64,000 nt of DNA from Eledone cirrhosa (Eukaryota), in contig OZ024746.1 of the NCBI GenBank assembly GCA_964016885.1, forward strand, positions 96,162,001 to 96,226,000. The letters run 5' to 3'. Position 1 is the first letter of the stretch. Every line of letters begins with the position of its first letter. The notes beneath the pieces were generated by a model. That model ran no database searches. It was not told where the DNA came from and saw only the letters and a list, made by a program, of their open reading frames with translations. The position numbers were made by a program, and so were the translations under genes. Below are positions 58,639 through 64,000 of the stretch, in pieces.

Positions 58639-61600
58639 ATGGCTAGTTTACGAGTTGGAAACGTAAATGTGCGTGGCCTAGGGATGCCCTGGAAAAAGGG
58701 CCAACTTTTAAACGACCTTAGGTCACACGGTATGGATGTGATAGCCATCACCGTCTCCAGGATCCACAACAGGCAGCAACTAACCCGCATCTTTGAGATC
58801 TACGCATCTCTCTGTCAGCCAGGGGGTGGAGTGGCTGTCATGTTTCGGAAGAACCTGGACGTCGAAGTACAGCAAGTACACTTGGACCCGGAGGGTAGAT
58901 GGTAGTCCTAGACTTGAACAGTATTGGAGGTGGAGCCTTCAGACTGGTGACTGTTTATGCCCCGACCGGGCAATTGCAATCATGGCCAGACTTCTTTAAG
59001 CGTCTAGAGTCTTTTCTGGGAACATCTCGCTCCTAACTTTTAGTGGAGGACTGGAATGGTATCCTAGATGAACGATGGGGTGGGAGCATGTCCCAGTAGA
59101 GTGGTATCGACTGGATTTCCCGACTGCACCACAGTGGACGTGGGCAAACCGCAGCAGGAGATCTAGATCGTATTTAGATAGGTTCTTCATTAGAGAAAGG
59201 GACAAGGAGATGTTAAGCTGTCCACGAATGCACATGGTTGCCTATTCAGATCACAAATTAGTCGTCTGCTTAGTCAACCGTGATAGAACACATAAACAAG
59301 GACCCGGATACTGGAAGCTGAACGGATAAGTAGACTAGTCAAGCAACAGTTAACAGGAGCCATCGTCAACAATAGATGGTGGTACTCGCTCAAGAAAGCA
59401 ATTAGAATAGAATCGATAGGGTTTAGCAGAGAGTTAGCCTTAGAGAAAAACAAACTAGAAAGAGAACTGATAGTCAAGGTAGAGGAGGCACTTAGAAGTG
59501 GCAACGCGGCTAGAGTGTTAGCGTTGAGTATGGCACTGGACCAGTTCTTTGATGCGAAACACGAAGGCTTTGTGGTCAGAAGCAAAACACGTGCTCTAGG
59601 AAACGAAGGAGCGAAAGCTGTCAGCTGGGCCCGAGTGGCAGCAGCAAAAAGTGGCAACAAGTCCATGATTCGGTCTTTGAAAGATCAAAACGGACGCGTG
59701 CTACTTGACCCCAAGCAAATGTGCGCGGCCTTTCAGCAGCACTTTGAGTGACTATTTGAGCAGAATGACGGTGAGCCGAACGGGGCAATGGACTTTAGTT
59801 CATACCTCGACGGCCTGCCGCGTCTCTCGAACACGGATACCAAGTTCTGTGATAGACCATTCACGGACACTGAGATACGGGACGCTCTGGGCCGCTGCGG
59901 GAAACGCAAGTCACCCAGTCTAGATGGTCTACCCAATGAATTTTACATAGGCATGCCGGACGCGTCCTCGAAGCCGTCTACTGCAATTGGCAGCAGAACG
60001 GGAGAATTCCCAGTTCTGCAGGCAAGGGTGTAGTAACGCTGATCAGGAAAAATGAGAACAAGAGGGACGAAATTAACAACTTCAGACCCATAACTCTGCT
60101 CAACACAGACTTAAAGATTTTGGCCAAGGTGCTAGCGACGAGGTTGGCGCTTCATCATTCATCATTTCATTTTACGTCCACTTTTCCCTGCTTGCAAGGG
60201 TGGGACGGGAACTGATTTTGGCTTGATTTCTACAGCTGGATGCCCTTCCTAAAACCAACCTCATTTACAGTGAGTGCTGGGTGCTTTTTTGCCGTGGCAC
60301 CTCCAGGACCACTTTGCAGTGGAATGATATGGACCCCAGTCCCTATCATCTCATTTCTACAGCTGAGTAAACTGGAGCAATGTGAAATAAAGTGTCTTGC
60401 TCAAGGAAACAACACATCACCCGGTCTGAGAATTGAACTCACAACCTTTCGATTACAAGGCCAATGCTCTAACCACTAAGCCTTGTTGTCAAGAACCTGG
60501 TAGGGAAAGCGCAAACGTGTGCAATCCTGACCAGGACCATACACGACAACCTCCACCTCATGCGATACATCATAGAGAGGGTGGGTAGTAAACCCGGCTT
60601 CGGTGGGGCTCTGATCAATTTGGATCAGTCTAAGGCATTCGATAGGGTCGACCATCGATACTTGGAAGTGGTTCTCAAGGCGGCCGGTTTCGGTCCCGGG
60701 TTCAGAGGATGGATCGAGGCGATGTACACTAGCATCTGCTCGAGGGTCAAGGTGAACGGCTACCTATCGGAGCCGTTTGCAATCACGCATTCCATTCGAC
60801 AGGGGTGCCCTCTCTACTCCATTCTGTATGTATTGACTCTAGAGCCATTACTGCGGAAATTGGAGCTGTTGCAGGGCATCCCTCTAGAACCGGGACTGCG
60901 GAAAGCAGCGTCGGCTTATGCCGACGACGAGACAGTAATGGTGTCAAGCACCTCGGAAATCGGGGTGATCGGCAACTTACTGAAAGAATACGAAACACTG
61001 ACGGGAGCAAAACTAAACACGGACAAGTCTGTCGGTTTGCAACTCGGTACGTGGAGAGGCAAACCGATGACGTCCGACAGCGTCATTGGACGCTGGACGG
61101 ACGGACCGGTGGAATTGCTCGGGGTCTAGTTCGGTCTAGACCTCCAGGTGGAGAAAAACTGGAACGAGGTCACGGCCAAGGTGTTTACACTCACCCAGAA
61201 GTGGGCAGAGTGCAAACTGTCCTTGAAAGGTCGAGCGGAGGTGGCGAACACTTTCATAGCGTCCGTCATCTACTACCACTTGACTGTCGTGCCTTGTCCC
61301 CGTGAACACCTCACCAAGATGGAACGCATGCTCTTCCAGTTTCTGTGGGAGAAGCAGGCACCGCTGGTGAGGAGATCCGTCTGCTGTCAGCACCCTTCCA
61401 ACGGAGGGCTGGGAATGCCGTGGCTGATGATGTCGCAGCCTCAGCGCATGTTTGCGCATCTCGAGGTATTCCTCACCGACTCCCAACCAGTGTGGGCACC
61501 GTTTGTGAGACAGGCTTTCCCACAGCTCGTCTCACTGACGGAGCTGCAGTCCTGGGTCAAGAAAAGACCGAAAACGATGGGCGCCTAGCACATTGAATGC

Positions 61601-62282
61601 GCTCAGGTGCTCACAGTCCTCTGGCAAGCAGGCGCAGCAATCAGTGGAGACTCCACTTCGACATTCTATAGAGGGATTGTACGTTACAAGGGCGACGACG
61701 TGCTCGGAGAGACTCTGGGCATCGAAGACAATGAGCTCACCAGTCTGTTTGGTAGGACTTTCCACCCGGGACCTATGGACAACTTCCAGAGGTGCCTGGC
61801 AGTGCTACCAAGGAGCTCTACCGGTTCGTGACAAGATCTACAGGCACGGACGCCCCGGCAGGGATTCTTCCAAGAGGACGTGTCCAAGATGCACGCAGGA
61901 CATTGAAACCGTCTTGCACGCTATTGTACACTGCCCGGGTGTAACCAACCTGTGGAATTATGCAGAACAACTGCACAAATCCAGTTGACTGCCGAGTCCA
62001 TAGTAAGGATCAAACCGCCAGCCTCGTTCGAAAACGAAAGAGGCAGTTTTCCTCTGTACAGTGGCTATGGTGAAAGAGGTTATATGGTGGACGAGATTGA
62101 GAGGACTGAGGACAGATGCCTTTCTCTCCGGACAACAATTGATTCCCTTCTTTAAGTATCACTTTAGAAGGAGAATCAGGGTGGAGAGAGAGGCACTGCA
62201 CCCCAGTAAATTTACTGAAAGGTGGGTGAATGAAGCGAAAAGGCCCGAGTGATTGGGCCTTCTCTGTTTATAAGCCTGTAGG
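58639..62282 (+). pseudogene. Tx1/L1-clade LINE ORF2 (APE endonuclease - RT - C-terminal Zn finger), many frameshifts and stops
   Basis: MASLRVGNVNVRGL; YLDRFF; SDHKLV; PGYWKLN; KSPSLDGLPNEFY; NFRPITLLNTDLKILAK; LDQSKAFDRVDH; IRQGCPL; AYADD; CPRC..ETVLHAIVHC. Confidence 0.92.
60152..60482 (-). mobile_element. SINE (tRNA head + CORE-like + RTE-derived tail) inserted in the Tx1 RT
   Basis: Interrupts RLAL|VVKNLVGKAQTC. Tail GGAAGGGCATCCAGCTGTAGAAA..GGACGTAAAATG..(GAT) is shared with the RTE 3' UTR. Confidence 0.85.
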
Positions 62283-62980
62283 TTGAAGAAGAGAGCAAAA
62301 GGAAGAAAGGAGCACTTGCACAACACGCTCCTGAAGTGGAGGGTTGTTCTATCGATGGGGTATTAAACAACCCATTTGTGGCACTTCCCCCCTATTGGGG
62401 ATTTCGATTGTTGTAATTGTTTGTTTTTATATTTTTTACACGACTCTATGTAAAATCCCCGGCACGTCTTTGTATTGTCCCCGTTTCTTGTGCGCCCTTG
62501 TGGCAAATAGAGAAATATATCTAAAAAGAGAAAGACTAAGAATTATAGAGAGAGATCACTAAATCGCCTAATTGAAAATTTGAATTTTATTTTGCTCAAA
62601 ACACTCACAGGACCATAAGTATTACATGTGTAAAGTTTGAAAACAATCGGTTGGGCGGTTCTCGAGTTTTAGGGGGACAAACAGACTGACAGACATTCTC
62701 TGTTTTAGATATTATAATATATACTATGTATAAATATCATATATTTTTTTTTAATTTTACTATATTCATATATATGTATCATGTTCATATTTAATATACT
62801 ATTATATCATCTCTACCGTCCCAGCACTCCCTTGGACCTTCTCAACGCCACTACCCCGGGGGTAGGGGTTAGCGCCCACTTTGAGAACCTCTGCACTACA
62901 TAGTCAATACACATCTATGTCAATCATATGTACGACCCTCCACACCATATTGAATATTTTCCTCAGCACCATTATGCAGC

Positions 62981-63240
62981 AGTGATGGTTAGTGATGGTT
63001 AGTGATGTTTAGTGATGGTTAGTGATGGTTAGTGATGTTTAGTGATGCTTAGTGATGGTTAGTGATGTTTAGTGATGCTTAGTGATGGTTAGTGATGGTT
63101 AGTGATGGTTAGTGATGTTTAGTGATGGTTAGTGATGGTTAGTGATGGTTAGTGATGGTTAGCGATGTTTAGCGATGGTTAGCGATGGTTAGTGATGGTT
63201 AGTGATGGTTAGTGATGTTTAGTGATGGTTAGTGATGTTC
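62981..63240 (+). repeat. 10-bp minisatellite AGTGATGGTT (~26 copies)
   Basis: Directly visible. Confidence 0.95.
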
Positions 63241-63512
63241 CAACCGACAAGCTGAGGCCATACTGGAGCACCACCATATATTACTGTATTACGTGTTCCA
63301 GCTGACAGGCTGAGGCCATACTGGGGCACCGCTATATATTACTCTATTACATGTTCCTGCTGACAGGCTGAGGCCATACTGGGGCACCGCTATATATTAC
63401 TCTATTACATGTTCCTGCTGACAGGCTGAGGCCATACTGGGGCACTGCTATATATTACTCTATTACATGTTCCAGCTGACAGGCTGAGGCCATGCTGGGG
63501 CACCGCTATATA
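63240..63512 (+). repeat. 59-bp minisatellite (~4.5 copies)
   Basis: Repeated GCTGACAGGCTGAGGCCATACTGGGGCACCGCTATATATTACTCTATTACATGTTCC. Confidence 0.9.
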
Positions 63513-64000
63513 TATTGATCACAGGAAATTATATGTTAAATTATAAGTTAATTGGGGATCCAGCCAGATCAGTTGGAGACGGTCGCTTCTGATAGGAGTG
63601 TTTGTGGGCTCTTCCCCCATGACCCCTCCTTCTTCTTCTTCTTGCTCACAATGAGAAAATTAGTTCTTGTTCGCCCACTTATTCCTGGAAGGGTCGTGGA
63701 AGCAGAGCCCTCAAAGACTCCTTCCAGCAGGTCCTGTCAGAGGCAACCGTCTCCAACTGATCTGGATGGATCTCCAGGCGAGACCAGCCAAGCTCATGGA
63801 TGTTATCCAACCATCTTGCTTGGGGTCTACTTCTGGGTATTCTGTCGATTTGTTTTGCCCATAAAATCTGTCCAGCAATTCTTTCCCGAGACATACTAAC
63901 CACATGCTCATAATATCAGAGCTTATTTAAGAGCTACTGAGATCACAGATTAAAATACTTAGAGCAAGACATACTCTCGGGTCCCAAATAATGGGTGAGT

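Larger units (their letters stand above)
56149..62715 (-). mobile_element. Non-autonomous Helitron-like element (interrupted by the LINE)
   Basis: Minus-strand 3' end CCCGAGCAACGCTGAG-CCATTCTG-CTAG|T at 56149. Minus-strand 5' region has TGTCTGTCAGTCTGTTTGTC..CAACCGATTGTTTTCAAACTTTACAC near 62625-62715. Confidence 0.6.
56029..62893. mobile_element. hAT MITE split by ~6.5 kb of nested insertions
   Basis: TIRs CAGAGGTTCTCAAA (56029) / TTTGAGAACCTCTG (62893). Perfect TSD CACTACAT at 56021-56028 and 62894-62901. The halves match the intact 49777-50060 copy. Confidence 0.88.

Noticed and set aside
62981-63240. Telomere-like repeat (contains GGTTAG)
   Set aside because: The 10-bp unit AGTGATGGTT is not TTAGGG and the array is interstitial.
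63949-64000. Possible next myosin exon ending at G|GTGAGT
   Set aside because: In the required phase it hits a stop and does not resemble TKIFIR.P, and the acceptor is weak. It cannot be excluded as an exon of another transcript.

Overview
This is AT-rich, repeat-dense animal genomic DNA, not prokaryotic. The SINE and RTE families resemble those of octopods, which is an inference. The only host gene I can support is a class I unconventional myosin (MYO1C/MYO1H/Drosophila Myo61F type). Ten GT-AG motor-domain exons lie on + at 4233-37258 and splice into one open frame of about 342 codons. The expected next exon (TKIFIR..) is not recognisable in the remaining 26.7 kb. The rest is intronic repeat: huge (TA)n arrays, minisatellites, tRNA-derived SINEs, RTE LINEs with a PHD-like finger inside the RT, CRE-like LINE relics, hAT/piggyBac/Tc1-like MITEs, Helitron ends, a decayed Tx1/L1 LINE in a multi-level nest, and a ~6 kb duplication across an N gap (probably two haplotypes). 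The most interesting signal is a set of at least five sequence-unrelated, non-coding fold-back (long inverted-repeat) elements in TA-rich sites. They carry type I hammerhead-ribozyme cores (CTGANGA...GAAA...NUH), which is the architecture of Penelope-like element termini. One family has a >100-nt stem II, one copy appears to have captured a Helitron end, and one insertion differs between the two duplicated copies. Nearly all long ORFs in the supplied track are microsatellite artefacts. Structures were folded by eye and no searches were run.
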